NCBI RefSeq assembly: GCF_024521635.1
Contig: NW_026250403.1
Span: 2,728,001-2,792,000, forward strand
Length of the DNA: 64,000 nt
DNA from: Tricharina praecox
Lineage: Eukaryota
Direction: 5' to 3'
How positions within the stretch are numbered: the first letter of the stretch is position 1; each line of letters opens with the position of its first letter. This document shows positions 44,105-57,737 of this stretch, one piece after another. Position numbers and translations under genes: made by a program. Under the pieces are notes generated by a model. That model did not search any database. It was not told where the DNA came from and worked only from the letters and a program-made list of their open reading frames with translations.

Positions 44105-47100
44105 ATGGCTGCCGATACAGACGCCAGTGCCCCCACCACCTCTACCAGTGAAGACAACCTCGTGTTGGCTCTGACGGGTAGCTCTACTACTTTGCGGACT
44201 CAGAGCCTTGCGCAGCTGAATGAACGTATTAAGCGTGGCGGTCGGTTACAGGATTCATGGAAATCGTAGGGAGTAAACCGCTGATTCTGTTGTAGAGCTG
44301 CCGCTTGAGCAGATCGGATCCGTGCTGCGACTGCTCTTCACGAGCCATCCATACTACATTGATCGGCCGTCACGCAAAGCGGTACGGAAATGCTTCGAGT
44401 CGTTCTGCAAGACGGAAAAGTACTCAGAGGCCTTTGTGAAGCGCATCATCCCGGCGATCAAGAACGAATCCCAGAAACGCGGCATTGCCGCGTCAAATGC
44501 GTTTGTTCTCCTCGAATGGACTTCCGAGCTGTTTCCACATCTCGCCGCTCTCGGGGATGCTTCGGGTGCTCCGTTCTCGGACCTTTTGGTGGCTATGGTG
44601 TCTTTGCTGGATCTCTGTCTGGGCTCCACCGCGAAGCATAGCATGAAGGAGCAGGCATTGCGCACTACGAGACGGGGACTCCGGACCGCCTTCAAGGGTG
44701 AGGGCTTTGAGGCGATCATTACAGGCATGGTGGAAAAGCTCGCGGCCAAGGGCTCCTGTCCGACACATAAGAACGCATTACTCTTGGGCGTTGTCTGCGG
44801 TGTGTCCGCTAGGCTTCCGAAGCCCAAAGAAGTGTTGACGGGCGTCAAGAAGGATATCTTCGCATTCTACACACGAGAGATTCTTGGATCGCGAACAATT
44901 ATTCCAAATCATATTTCCGGTGCCCTGGAGGACTTCTTCTCAAACTTCGTTTCCGGCGAGGAGTTTGAGGCCGAGCTTCTGCCACCCCTCGAAAAGGGAT
45001 TGCTACGGTCGCCCGAGATCTTACTCAACGACGTGGTGTCGCCACTGCTGTGCTCACTCTCTGCGGAGATTGATCTTGCGAAACCTCTGCACGAGAAACT
45101 GTTGAAGCAGTTCCTCTCATGCATCAAATCCACTAATCCTGTCATCCGGAATGGTGCGGCATCAGCATTCAAGACAGCCGTGGGAAAATCCAAGGACGAG
45201 GCCGTGCTTGAGAAAGTTACGACTGAGATCCTCGGTCCCTTGAAAACCGGCAAGATCTCATCAGCGGATCAGAGAGTGTTGTACGCTCACATGTTGGACA
45301 CACTTCCCTTGTCGACAGTTTTATCCAACCTGGTTCCTACTGGATTGGCTGGCCTGGTGGTTAAGGAACCCAACGAGGCTACGGTTACGGCAATTGTCTC
45401 CACCTTTGTCAGGCATCTGTCCTACGGCCTCAAGGGTGACGCGGCCATCGACAAATCGATTGTGGATGCCATAAACAAGGGCTTGACCGATAAACGGCCT
45501 ACTGTACGACGAACGTGGTTCACCAAAATCGGCAGTATGATCTGGGATGTTTCCGGAGATGCATCCGCGGGTTTCCGGGAGTTCTGTCAAGGTATCGCCG
45601 GAAAGCTTTCCGAGGTTTTCAACGAAGTTGCAGCAAACCCCACGCCTGCCACGCAGAGTGGTCTTGTCGTCGCTGGCTATGTCGTCGCCGCGGTTGCTCT
45701 CGATCGGTTCTCGGCCTGGAACGACCCGAAGATTGGTTCCCTGATCAAGAATGCCAACATCGCAGAGGCTTGTCTTGCTGTGACTCCCAAGGTCTCCTTC
45801 TTGCTCAACCCCAAGGTTTACTCGAAGCTCTCGTCTGATGAAGATCACCGATGGGCAATCCGAGCCCTCGCCGCGACTGCGAGCTATGTCATCTATGAGA
45901 AGAGCCACTCGGACATGTGGGCTTCTGCCTTCTTGTACCTGATTTCCACAGCCTCCGCCAGCCCTCAATGCCGTAAAGAAGCTACAGCTGCTCTTGCAAC
46001 AGTGTACCTCAAGCACCCGGAGGCCATTGGTAAGATTATTTTGAGCGGAGTATGGCAGTGGGTGAAGCAATTGGAGCATGGTTATAAGGATACACCGGCG
46101 GCTTTATCGAAAACGAGAGGAATCTACTTGAAGAGCGCGATATATGCAATAGCACTACCAGCCAATGTTGCAAGTGGGGGATTGGAAGTCGGTGCTGTTC
46201 GCGACGAAGAAACGGTGAAGAGCCTTCTCGTGGACCTTACTGTCATCTCCCACCACGAGCTTGTCGGCGTGGATTGGATCAATCTCTGCCAGAGATCAAA
46301 TGTTGACCCCGGACAACTGTCGGCGGAGAAAGCGTCAAGGCTGGTCAACGAGATCAAGATGTACACGGGACTGAGTGGAAGGTCGGTGTACATCATGGAC
46401 GCGGCACTAAAAGCAACTGCTACTTTGGCCTTTGTCGCACCAGAAACAATCACACCTCTAATTGTCAAGCTGCTGGAAAGCGACCTGGATCCTGCCCTCC
46501 TCAAGGGCATCGGCCCAACCGAGGTTTCGATCTGGAGAACACCTGCTGGAACTGGAATCCCTTTCGTTGACGTACTGGCGAAATCTGGACCCAAGATTGT
46601 GGAGAAATCCAAGGATGCTGAAACCCTCAAATGGGAGGCCGAGCTCAGGGCTCAACTTGCTCAGAAGAAAGGCTCCGAGCGGAAACTGACAGCCGACGAA
46701 AAAGTAAGGGTAGAGGAGCAACTCGCGAAGGAGGCGGTCATCAGAACCAGGCTTTCGGAAATAGAAGTACGGCTTAGTCGAGGCGTTGGTATTATCCAAC
46801 ATCTCGCCGAGGGAGCTCCCACTGCCGTAGAGATTTGGATGTATAAGGCGGTGAAGGCTCTCCTGCAGAGTTTGGAGGCAGGTGCGGGAATGATAGTTCA
46901 GGATAAAGGAATCAAAGCTTTTCTCGTGCGTCCTTCCATTCATTCGCCGTCTCTACAAGTGTAGCCGCCGCTGATAATTTTTGTGTAGGCTTGTTCAGAG
47001 CATGTATCTCCAAGACTGGGTGCTTTGAGGCCGTTCATTGGTATTGCCAGTCTCCGAGCCTTGGGTGTAGGGGAAATTCCCGAGGAGTACTGTGAAGAAA

Positions 47101-50100
47101 CGCTTGGGGGTAACTACTCCTTCCATCGTGGGCCTCAAAGATATACCTACTAATGATAGGAACACAGCCCAAGCAATGCGTCTCCTGTACAGACTTCGAG
47201 TCTCCGGAGAACAGCGTCCATTCGATACGACTTCGTTGTTTTACATCCTGCCCATGGTTTTGTTGACCATGAACAAGGGGGGACTTGGTGCCGAGTCCCA
47301 AGATGAGGTGGATGAACAAGTTGTGCTGGCATTGGACTTCATTGCTTTCCATACCCAAGTTTGTATGTCTCTATATTTCGATCACTCGTTATCACGGTCA
47401 TTGACGAAGATTAGGCTCGAGCCCACTGCTGCCACGAGATGAGGTGCTTCAGTGCTTGATTTTCTCGATGCAGCGGTACTCTGCCCTCTACAAGCCATTC
47501 AAGGACTGCTTCCTGGATATGTGTCGATGCATATCTGACTCCATCACCGACGATGAAATTGATATTCTCATCAACGGGACCATCAACCCGGAAGTCAACG
47601 TCCGGACAGCATGTTTACAGGCAATCGACGCAGAAATAGATCTCACGCACCTCGAATTCTCCGAGAAGTTGTGGCTGGCATGCCACGACGAAGTGGAACA
47701 AAACGTGGAGATTGCGCAGACGATATGGGAAGAGAGCAGCATGGCAGCTACGAAGGATACCGCCCTCAAAATGATACCCTATTTGGATTCCCAGGACAAG
47801 CAGCTCCGTGGAGCTGCTTCGAGAGCGTTGGCCGCTGCCGTCCACTCGTTCCCTGAGTCTTCTAACGACGTTGTCGCGGCGCTGGTAAACCTGTACCGCG
47901 AAAAGGCGAAACCTTTGGTGCCGCAGTACGACGAGTATGGCATGCTCAAGAAGAGTGATAACAAGGACCCATGGGAGGCTCGAAGTGGTGTTGCCTTGGC
48001 GCTGAAGGCACTGGCAGAGCTGTTCGATCACAACAAGCTGGTCGAATTTTCCCGATTCTTGATCGATGAGGGTGCCTTGGCCGACCGATATCCCTTGGTG
48101 AGGGACGAAATGATCGATGCCGCGTCGTCTATCATCAACGCGCAGGGTGCGCACCAGATTGAGGAGCTCATGCAAATATTCGAAGGGACCCTGGAGGCTC
48201 CCGATGATGGTTCTGCGGTGCGAGACAGAATCAACGAGGCGGTGATTATCCTTTACGGTGCACTGGGTAGACATTTGGGTGCCGGAGATCCTAGAATTTC
48301 CGCCGTCATCGAAAGGTTGCTGGCAACACTCGAAGTGCCCAGTGAGACTGTTCAGTACGCTGTCGCCGAGTGTCTACCGCCGCTGATCAAAGCATTGAGA
48401 GAGAAGGCATCTGGCTATATTCAACAGATGTTGGAGCAGCTCTTTAACGCGAAAGCCTATGCTGCAAGACGTGGTGCAGCATATGGTCTCGCCGGTATCA
48501 TCAAGGGATGCGGTATCTCAGCGTTGAAGGACTTCAGGGTTATGCAGAGTCTGCGAGCAGCGATCGAAGACAAGAAAAGCACTAGCTCCCGACAGGGAGC
48601 CCTCTTTGCGTTCGAGCTCTTTTCTTTGATCCTCGGGCGTGTTTTCGAGCCATACGTCATTCAGATCTTGCCTATGCTGCTCTCAAGTTTCGGTGATCCA
48701 GTGATCGACGTGCGAGAAGCATGCTCAGACGCGGCGAAGGTGTGCTTTTCCAGTCTCAGCTCTTACGGTGTCAAGGTCATTCTACCGGATCTCTTGGAAG
48801 GCTTGGACGATCAGGCCTGGCGAAGCAAGAAGGGTGCTTGCGAAACTCTTGGAGCTATGGCTTATCTCGCGCCTCATCAACTGGCCATCAGTCTACCGGA
48901 GATCATTCCTCCGTTGACGACTGTGCTCAATGACTCCCATAAAGAAGTTAGAGCCGCAGCGAATAGGAGTTTGAAGAAGTTCGGCGAAGTCATCAGCAAT
49001 CCCGAGATCAAGGCTCTCACGAGCATTCTTCTCAAGGCTCTCAGCGACCCTACGAAGTATACCGACGAAGCTTTGGATCAGTTGCTCAAGGTGCAATTCG
49101 TCCATTACTTGGACTCGCCCTCGCTTGCGCTGGTACGTATATCTTTGGTACTAAAAACGTAGATATACTGATTATTTTCTAGGTTGCTCGTATTTTGGAA
49201 CGTGGACTGAATGACAGATCAACCACCAAGCGAAAAGCCGCCCAGATTATCGGATCATTGGCACATCTTACCGAGAGGAAGGACTTGATGGTGCACATCC
49301 CGATCTTGGTCGGTGGCTTGAAGCAGGCCATTGTGGATCCTGTTCCCTCGACTCGTGCCACGGCATCCAAGGCCCTGGGTTCGCTGATCGAGAAGCTCGG
49401 AGAGGATGCTCTGCCAGACATCATCCCTGGACTGATGAACACTCTGAAATCGGACACCGGCGCAGGAGACCGTCTGGGTTCTGCCCAAGCACTGTCAGAA
49501 GTATTGGCCGGACTGGGTACTCAGCGTCTGGAGGAGACTCTGCCTACGATTCTCCAGAACGCCGGCAGCTCGAAAGCCGCAGTGCGGGAAGGTTTCATGT
49601 CGCTGTTCATCTTCTTGCCGGCCTGCTTCGGAAACTCTTTCAGTGCATACCTCAACCGTATCATTCCCCCGATTCTCGCGGGTCTTGCGGATGATGTCGA
49701 AAGCATTCGGGAGACCTCGCTCAGGGCTGGTCGTCTGCTCGTCAAGAACTTCGCGACTAGGGCTATTGATCTGTTGCTACCTGAGCTGGAGCGTGGTCTT
49801 GCTGACTCGAACCACCGCATTCGTCTTTCCTCCGTTGAGTTGGTCGGCGATCTACTCTTCAACCTCACGGGTATCACGAAGACGGATGATATGGAGGAAG
49901 ACGAGGAGGCCTCCGGTGAAATCAACAACTCGCTGCTGGAGATCCTCGGACAAGAGAAGCGGGATAAGGTCCTCTCTGCTTTGTACATCTGCCGCTGCGA
50001 TACCAGTGGTCAAGTCAGGCTTGCCGCTGTTGGAGTATGGAAGGCTTTGGTCTCCAGCCAGAAGACGCTCAAGGAGCTGGTTCCTGCACTTACTCAACTC

Positions 50101-52617
50101 ATCATCAGGCGGTTGGCTAGCTCGGATCTCGAACAGAGGGTCATTGCTTCGCAAGCTCTCGGAGAGCTCATTCGCAAGGCCGGTGAAGGAGTTTTGTCGA
50201 CGCTTCTGCCCTCGCTTGACGATGGACTGAAGCTAGCAACTGATCCGGATTCCAAGCAGGGTATTTGCATTGCCCTCAAGGAGTTGATCGTTTCTACAGT
50301 ACCCGAGGCTTTGGAGCCCTACGAGAGCACGCTCGTATCTATCGTTCGGACTGCCCTGGTCGATTCCAACGGCGATGTTAGAGAGGCGGCGGCCGAAGCA
50401 TTTGAAACTCTTCAGAAAGTCATTGGAAAGAGAGCGGTCGACCAGGTGCTACCTCATCTGCTCAGCCTTCTTCAGTCGGAGGACGACGCAGACAATGCAC
50501 TGGCTGCACTTCTTACCCTTCTCACGGAGCAGACGAGGTCGAACATCATCTTGCCGGTTCTCATCCCGACATTGCTGTCACCGCCTATCACGCGTTTCAA
50601 CGCAAAGGCGCTGGCATCACTCGCTCGTGTCGCTGGCTCGGCATTGAACAGACGCCTCCCGCACATCATGAACGCTTTGATGGATGCTATTGTTGCAAGC
50701 AAGGATGCAGAGCTGCTCGAGGATCTCGGCGAATCATTCGATGCCGTGATTCTCTCCGTCGACGAGTTCGATGGTCTGAACACTACGATGATCGAGATGC
50801 TGAAGCTGGTCAAGCACGATGACCATCGCAAGCGTGCGGTTGCTTGCAATCACTTCGCGAAATTCTTTGCTGAAACGGACTTGGACTACAGCCGATACCT
50901 ACAGGACTGCATCCGCGCCCTGCTTATCTCGTTTGACGATTCGGATAAGGAGGTGGTCAAGGCTGCATGGAATGCCCTCAACGAGCTTACCAAGAAGCTT
51001 CGGAAGGAGGAGATGGAGTCACTCGTGTTCTCCACCAGACAGGTCTTGCAGCAGGTTGGGGTCAAGGGCGCCAACTTGCCAGGTTTCCAACTGCCAAAGG
51101 GAATCAACGCCATTCTTCCAATCTTCTTACAAGGTCTGATGTATGGAACTCCCGAGCAACGCACTCAGTCTGCACTCGCTATCTCTGATATCATCGACCG
51201 CTCGAGCGGCGATTCTCTGAAGCCATTCGTCACCCAGATCACCGGACCTCTCATTCGTGTTGTGTCGGAACGCAGTGTCGACGTCAAAGCCGCCATCCTG
51301 CTCACTCTCAATTCTCTGCTGCTCAAGATCCCCACGCACCTCAAGCCATTCTTGCCGCAGCTGCAGCGGACATTCGCAAAGAGCTTGGCGGATACGTCCA
51401 GCGAGACTCTGCGAACCCGCGCGGCGAAAGCGCTGGGCACGTTGATCACGTTGACGCCCAGAATCGACCCGCTTATTTCAGAGCTTGTTACTGGTGCTAG
51501 AACCACGGATGCGGGAGTTAAAGATGCTATGCTGAAGGCGCTGTATGAGGTCGTTGGTAAGGCGGGTGGGAATATGGGTGAAGCTTCCAAGACTTCTATC
51601 TTGTCCCTGGTCGAGAATGATCTGGATGAGGATGATGGTAAGTACCCTATTCGCTCATGACTACGTGCGGGAATGTCAGGCGACTGATTGTGTGATACAC
51701 AGAGGCTACCGCTATCGCGAGTGCGCGTTTACTCGGTGTGCTAGTACGGCATCTGAGCAAAGACGAAGCCTCGAAAGTGCTGAAGTATGTCACTTGAACC
51801 CTATTGTAACTGTTGCCATTGCTGACAATGTGACCTACAGGAGTCGTGCGTTGAACCCGGCATACACCAGGGTTTCTGTGTTGGGCTTGAACGCTGTCTT
51901 ACTCGAGTCACCCACTGTGCTCCAGGAGTCTACGTTCGCCGACGATACTGCCCATATCATTGTCAATGGAATCGGTCACAAGACAGTCAGTCCTCCTTCT
52001 GTGAGATACAGCACCTGAATGCTGAGCTAATATGGAATACAGCCTTACGTCTCGGACAACTGTACTCTGGCTGCTGGAAAGTACCTGCTCTCCGAAAACA
52101 CCAGCAAGGGCTTTGAGACGGTGAAGAGTATTCTCGAGGCGCTAGCCACGGCGATTAAGGGACCAGCCAGCAACTCAACTGACACCAAGCGGCTGGCACT
52201 GGTTGTGGTACGGACAATCGCGCGCAAGCACGAAGAGGTATGACCCGCAACACAAAATCTTCCCTTTGACCACAGCTAACAACCATGAACTAGCTCGTAC
52301 GACCCCATCTCTCGATCCTAGCGCCCGCCATTTTCTCGTGCGTCCGCGATATGGTGATTCCCGTCAAGCTGTCGGCAGAACAAGCCTTCATCGCAATGTT
52401 CCAGGTGGCGCAGAAGGGCGATGCCATCTTTGACAAGTACATCACGACAGTGGAGGGCCCGCAGAAACGCAGCATGACCGACTACTTCAAGCGTGTGGCG
52501 GTGAAGTTAGCGGCCGCAGAGAAGGATAGAGATGAGGCGGGTGGAGCGGGTTTGGGATTGAATAGCGATGAGGACGAGGATATGAAGGAGATCATGGGTG
52601 TTGGGTTCGGTGCTTAG
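44105..52617 (+). CDS. GCN1: Translational activator Gcn1 (HEAT repeats), 10 exons: 44105-44240, 44296-46925, 46989-47109, 47169-47362, 47415-49132, 49183-51637, 51703-51784, 51841-51985, 52043-52237, 52294-52617
   Basis: Motifs include [74 protein letters not shown] and [12 protein letters not shown]. All nine introns are GT-AG with compatible phases. Confidence 0.97.
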
Positions 52618-53592
52618 ATTACCTAGCACTGTGGGATGGATAAAAAGTGGATATATTTTTTGTTGGGTTTTCTTTTTCAGTTGTACGGGGGGTTTTTATT
52701 ATGGGGGTTTTCTTTTTATGTTATGTTGGGGACATGGTGGTTTCTACCAATCAATACCAACGTTTTTGTAAAACATCTCTTTGCTTTGGATCAAGGCGAA
52801 CCTGTTCAAAACCTGCTCACGCCGTGTTGGTTCCCAACAGCTTCTTGAACAATATGGATTTTTCACCCGGCGCACACAGGATTGGATTTACAATGACCCA
52901 ATCCAACCACATACCTACGATATAGATACTGAACACTGGAGATACGGATGATCAGCGGGGTTTGAAACACGTCCCAGGTCATCTCATGCTATCTCATGCA
53001 ACACTGTGGAGTCATCCATCCTCAGGACATTGATCAGTCGCTACACATGTAGGTATGAGTACATACGGTAAAACACTGTCACTGTCGCCGCCGCCGCCGC
53101 CGCCGCCGCTGCCGTTGTCGTCGTGGAACAATATCCAAGTATGCACCTGACGGTATTCGAAACCACGGGTCCAGCGGTCCCCGACGCACCCGTGGCTCGG
53201 AGATAATCTCCTCATTTTGTGAGTGTATAGAACAACTCGATTACAGAGATTGCTACCGCCCTATTGTGTCCCCGATCGCTCCATATCCGCATCCAGGTGC
53301 AGATTATCACTGTGCAGTTTGCTATGTATAGTTTTTCCCTTCTGATACCACACGACGCATTCCTGGCTGGGGCAGTTTTAGGTCATACACCATCACTCGA
53401 TGATTGTTGGTTTTTCGCGTTAAAAAAGTGCAGTGAAAGCGGTGATGCCCGTGTATTCCATATCCTCCTGGAGGCGATACTCTCGTGTTCGAGATCCATT
53501 AATTCTGCAGTAACAAACAAAGCTCTAACCAGAAAACTCCTTTACAAATCATGCAAGGCCCAAAAAACCGGATAGTCCTTCCTCGGACTCCA

Positions 53593-54372
53593 TCACTTCG
53601 CATTCCCCTTCTTCAAGAAGGCGCCCAACGAGCTCTGCCCTGCATCCCTCCCCACACCATGTTCCATAAACTTCCCCTCGGGCAATCTTCTGCCAGCGGC
53701 GATACTATCCAGCGCCCACTGCACCGTGACGAACTTCATCTTGGCGCCCTTCTTCGCTTCAATCTCCTTTTGCAACTTTTTTGCGGCGAGGCCCCCACCG
53801 GCCCCAGAGCCCACTGTTGCGGCGGGGCAAAGAACCACGTGCGTGGTAGTGCTCCGCCGGAGCATCGGGTGCACTGTGGCGCCGTGGAACGTGAGGAGGT
53901 GCTTCAGCCTGTGATCGCTGATGTGTGGCGCCGTGCTGCCGGAGATGTGGATGTTGCAGGAGGAGAATATGGGCTTTCCTTTTGTGGCGGTCGCGGTACT
54001 AGTTGCCGACGGTGTCGCGGACGGCGCGGGGTTTCCATCGCTACTGCTGCTGTTGCTTCCGGAGCTCGGTTTTGCGGCGGTCGCGGTAGGCGCGGTTGGT
54101 GTGGGGTTTCTATCACCACTACTGCTGTTGCTGCTTCCAGAGCTCCGTTTTGCGGCGGAGAGGATCGTCGAGAGTGGCAGCGAACCATCGCCGAACTGTG
54201 ACTTCAACTTGCTCTGGCGGGATTTGTGCCATGCCGCCGACTTGCTGACACCGTTCGAGATTTGGTGGCCGGTCGAGGAGGTCGTGTAGAATTCCAGCGG
54301 CTTCTGGTGATGTTGCGCGGGCTTGTGAGTGGGCTTGGATGCGAGTTTGGCAGCAGGCTTGGTTGATGCCAT
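53593..54372 (-). CDS. Small stand-alone BRCT-domain protein (259 aa)
   Basis: ATG at 54372. The C-terminal BRCT pattern reads IFSSCNIHISG...LKHLLTFHGA...TTHVV...KFVTVQWALDSIAAGRRLPEGKF. There is an N-terminal SSTGHQ...W..SR..KL..QF motif and a duplicated Ser-rich linker. Confidence 0.88.
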   Translation of the reverse strand: MASTKPAAKLASKPTHKPAQHHQKPLEFYTTSSTGHQISNGVSKSAAWHKSRQSKLKSQFGDGSLPLSTILSAAKRSSGSSNSSSGDRNPTPTAPTATAAKPSSGSNSSSSDGNPAPSATPSATSTATATKGKPIFSSCNIHISGSTAPHISDHRLKHLLTFHGATVHPMLRRSTTTHVVLCPAATVGSGAGGGLAAKKLQKEIEAKKGAKMKFVTVQWALDSIAAGRRLPEGKFMEHGVGRDAGQSSLGAFLKKGNAK

Positions 54373-54525
54373 AGTTACTAGTAGTTCTTTGCTTCTTCTC
54401 GGCGGGTACGTTTGGGGGAATGGGGTGGTGGTCGTCGCGGTCGTGTTGGTTTCGCGGGAAAACGTGTTTGTTATGACTCTACCCCGAAGTAGCCTAGCAA
54501 CCGGCAAAAGCGTGGTTGCAAGGCA

Positions 54526-54531
54526 ACGCGT
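54526..54531. promoter_or_regulatory. Possible MCB box (ACGCGT) upstream of the BRCT gene
   Basis: ACGCGT lies ~155 bp upstream of the ATG, with other CGCG cores nearby. It is a short motif. Confidence 0.25.
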
Positions 54532-57500
54532 GGACGATGAGACAGTGCAGGCAAGGCTGCATAAACAATACCAACCAGCCGACGCTTCTCAGCAAACCAA
54601 ACGTCCAAGACCTCTCCCGAGATACATAACAGCCAGCCCTCTCCCTACACTACCAATACCGCCCCACGCGACAAATGATGGCGTGCTGCTGCTGCTGCTG
54701 CTGCTTGTCTTGTTGGTAACCCGGTTTCGAGGCGGGCCGCTGTTGCAGTGCAGTGCGATCGGTCGCATGGGGGGATGGAAGTTGGGTGATATGTGAGAGA
54801 GGGAAGGGAGGAAGGAGGAGCAGTTCTGGAACGGAGCGAAACGAACGAGCGGGCATGATGCAGATGGCTGAGAACCTATGATGCCGGCACCTCCCACCAC
54901 CCCGCCAACGCGGACGGAGGAGACACTCGGTGACCATCCGATTCATTCTTCGATGCACTCTCGAGCTCATGCTGATTCAATGCACCCTTCCCTCCCACAT
55001 AGGCATTGCATTCCCGTCCTCTGCGTTTCGTGGACGAGTGTCTACCCATCGCATCACATAGCATAGCATCGCATAGGCGACAGAGAGCCGTCGACCATCC
55101 GCCCCTCATCCACCCACCCATCCACCCACCCATCCATCTTCCTTCCATCCATCCATTCATTCATCTTGCCTTAGTCTGACGCGATGTACGATTGATTCTT
55201 GGATGCATCACTTGTCGGCGAAAACCCGGGGAATTCGAAGCTCGTACACGCCGAGCTTGCGCATACATAGCAGGATTCTTTGCTCCCGAGATCATACCTC
55301 TGCACATAAGCAGTGCAAAACAAATCCGATTGACGAAACAGAAACGCGCCCTTCTGGCACGTCTGATTGGTTGATTATCTTTCCATCCGCCGGTCAAGGC
55401 ATGTGGGCCCCACGGATGGACGTGCGGATGTGTGGGTGTGGGTATGTACGGGGGCGGGGGGAGGGATTGCTCAGAGGGCCGTTTGGTCCATTGACCCCAC
55501 ACCAATGAAAGCGGAGGAGATGTATGCCTGTCGAGTAACCTCGGAAAGCCCACGAGAACGTCCCGTTTACTTGCTCTCCCTGCTCTCCCTGCTCTCGACG
55601 TCGCAACCGAACGGGCGAACGAACGGGCGAACGAGCAAACAGCACACGTCTTCCTATCGCTCTTTATTTTCTTTTTCCTCTTGTATGCGGTGATGAACGC
55701 TCAGTCACGTCAGCTGCGCATCGGTCACATCCCCGGCCCCCCCGCCGCAGGTTTCATAAATTCATGATCAAAGGGGCCTGGATTTCGCCGTTACACACCG
55801 ATATCTCCTTTTGTTCGTTTACCTGTTCGTCCTCGTCTGTTTTTTTTCTTTGCTATGCGGGAATTTCGAACACAGCGCAGCACAGGCGGCGGGGCGAGGT
55901 TGGTGGATGAGTGACTGGTGGATGGTGGGTGATTGGAGGTGGGTGGTGCAGAGGGTCGGCAGTTGCGCGCCAATAATAACAACCGGTTGTCTGCCCGTCC
56001 CCATCTCTTCTTTCCTCCCTTTTCCTTTGGGGCAAATCTTTTTAACTTTTACTTTCGTTTTTAGGTTATCAACCGGGTTGTTTTTTCTTTCTTTCTCTTT
56101 TCTTTTCTTTTTTTTCGATGCTCAGTGCCAACAATCACGGTCGGGTAAGGATGCCGTAAGCACTGTAATTCACTTGCCTTGCCTGCAGCAGCTCAACAAC
56201 TTCCCGTGCATAAGTGTCGAGAAAGTCAAGCAAGCAACCACGCACGCAAGCACGCAAGAAAGCCACACGCCACAAGCGTCTTGTCCGTACGTCTGTCTTC
56301 CCCTAACCGGGCCAACATCGGGACGTTTTCATCAAAGAGAGAGTCTCCGCTTCGCGATCGTACGTACGTAGCACTCTACCCTGCAGGTGCCGGTGTCGCA
56401 TGATGAGACGAGACAGACAAACCATTCATCCTCACCAAAAACAGCAAGCCGTCAGCTGTGCGCCGTAAAGGAGACCGCCGTCCTATCGGTACGGTAGCGC
56501 ACCAGTCTTCTCTTCGGCATCCGGGAGTTGGGGGACGATATAAGCCGTGTTTCCGAGGTGCTGTCGGGAATGCTGAGGCCAATAGCCAAAGATAGACACC
56601 TTGATGTCGACTACCCGCTGGCCGGTGCACAGGGGTTGACCTGGAAAGATACAGTTGCTTCAGGGGCAAGTCGAGTGAAGTCGAACGGCAAGTGCAGACT
56701 CTCTGTGCGCTCTTCGCCGCCGCTTGCGGAATCGAATTTGCTAATAGGTATGCAACGGAGAGACCGCTCGTACATGGAACGGAACAGAAGGAATGCCATT
56801 CTGCAAGGCCAGCGATCTCGGTCTCTCTCTCCGCTGAGGTTGGAAGCGTCACATGGATCCCGGAGGTTCAGCAATTGAGGACAGGTGTTTCAACCACGAA
56901 TTCCGGGGTATTGCGCAATGGAGATGAGGAAAGGCTCCGTGCATTGCCGCTGCAATGGTTATCCTCTTGGCTACAGTACCCAGCTGGAACAAACCTCTGA
57001 TCTTCGATCTCGAGACGATCTGGAGATGATCTATGACCTGATTTTCTCTGCTGTGGAGCTGTTTACGTGTGAGGTAGATACACACCGGCGAGATCGTCAC
57101 GAAACGGGGTGAGGGCTTGCAAAAAAAACCCGACTAAATCACCCTCGATTGAGTGGGAGGAAAATATGGTTCCTCCTGAGCCGTACATGCTTTGCGTTTC
57201 TGTTTTTAGAGTTCATTGTAAATGCTGCAAAAATATTTGAAGTCTTCACATGGTGAAAATAGATGTCTTGAAAACGTTGTCACTAGCGCCAAAGCGCGCC
57301 TGTCTGGCGTCTATGACATTTCCCACACGCGAACAGGACCAGGCAATATTACCAAGCGAAGTCTGAGAGCATGCGGATGCTAAAGTATTCGCATGGCACT
57401 CCTGGGGGATCTTAATACCGATATGAGCCTGGGTTTTGCCTGTATGCATTGCTTGCTTGCTCTCCGTGCGCGCTCGAGCTCTTCAGGCCATAGGCATGAA

Positions 57501-57737
57501 CTACTTTGTATCTACATGCGGGGATACTCGGGCTCGCTTATCGAGCCACGTGATAGCCAAGGCTCCACGACCCGCACTTTTTGCCGTCACCAAAGTTTCA
57601 ACTCGCAGCTTTGGTTTCCCCGCCACTTCACGATCCGCGACTCAACTCAACTCAACTCGTCCACCTTCGATCAAGGCACCGTCTGCAACACTACCATACA
57701 CCTGTAGCTACCGACAGAACAACTCCCCTCTGCAATC

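Noticed and set aside
56118..57112. Scattered + strand ORFs with splice-like signals
   Set aside because: No splice combination I tried gave a continuous frame.
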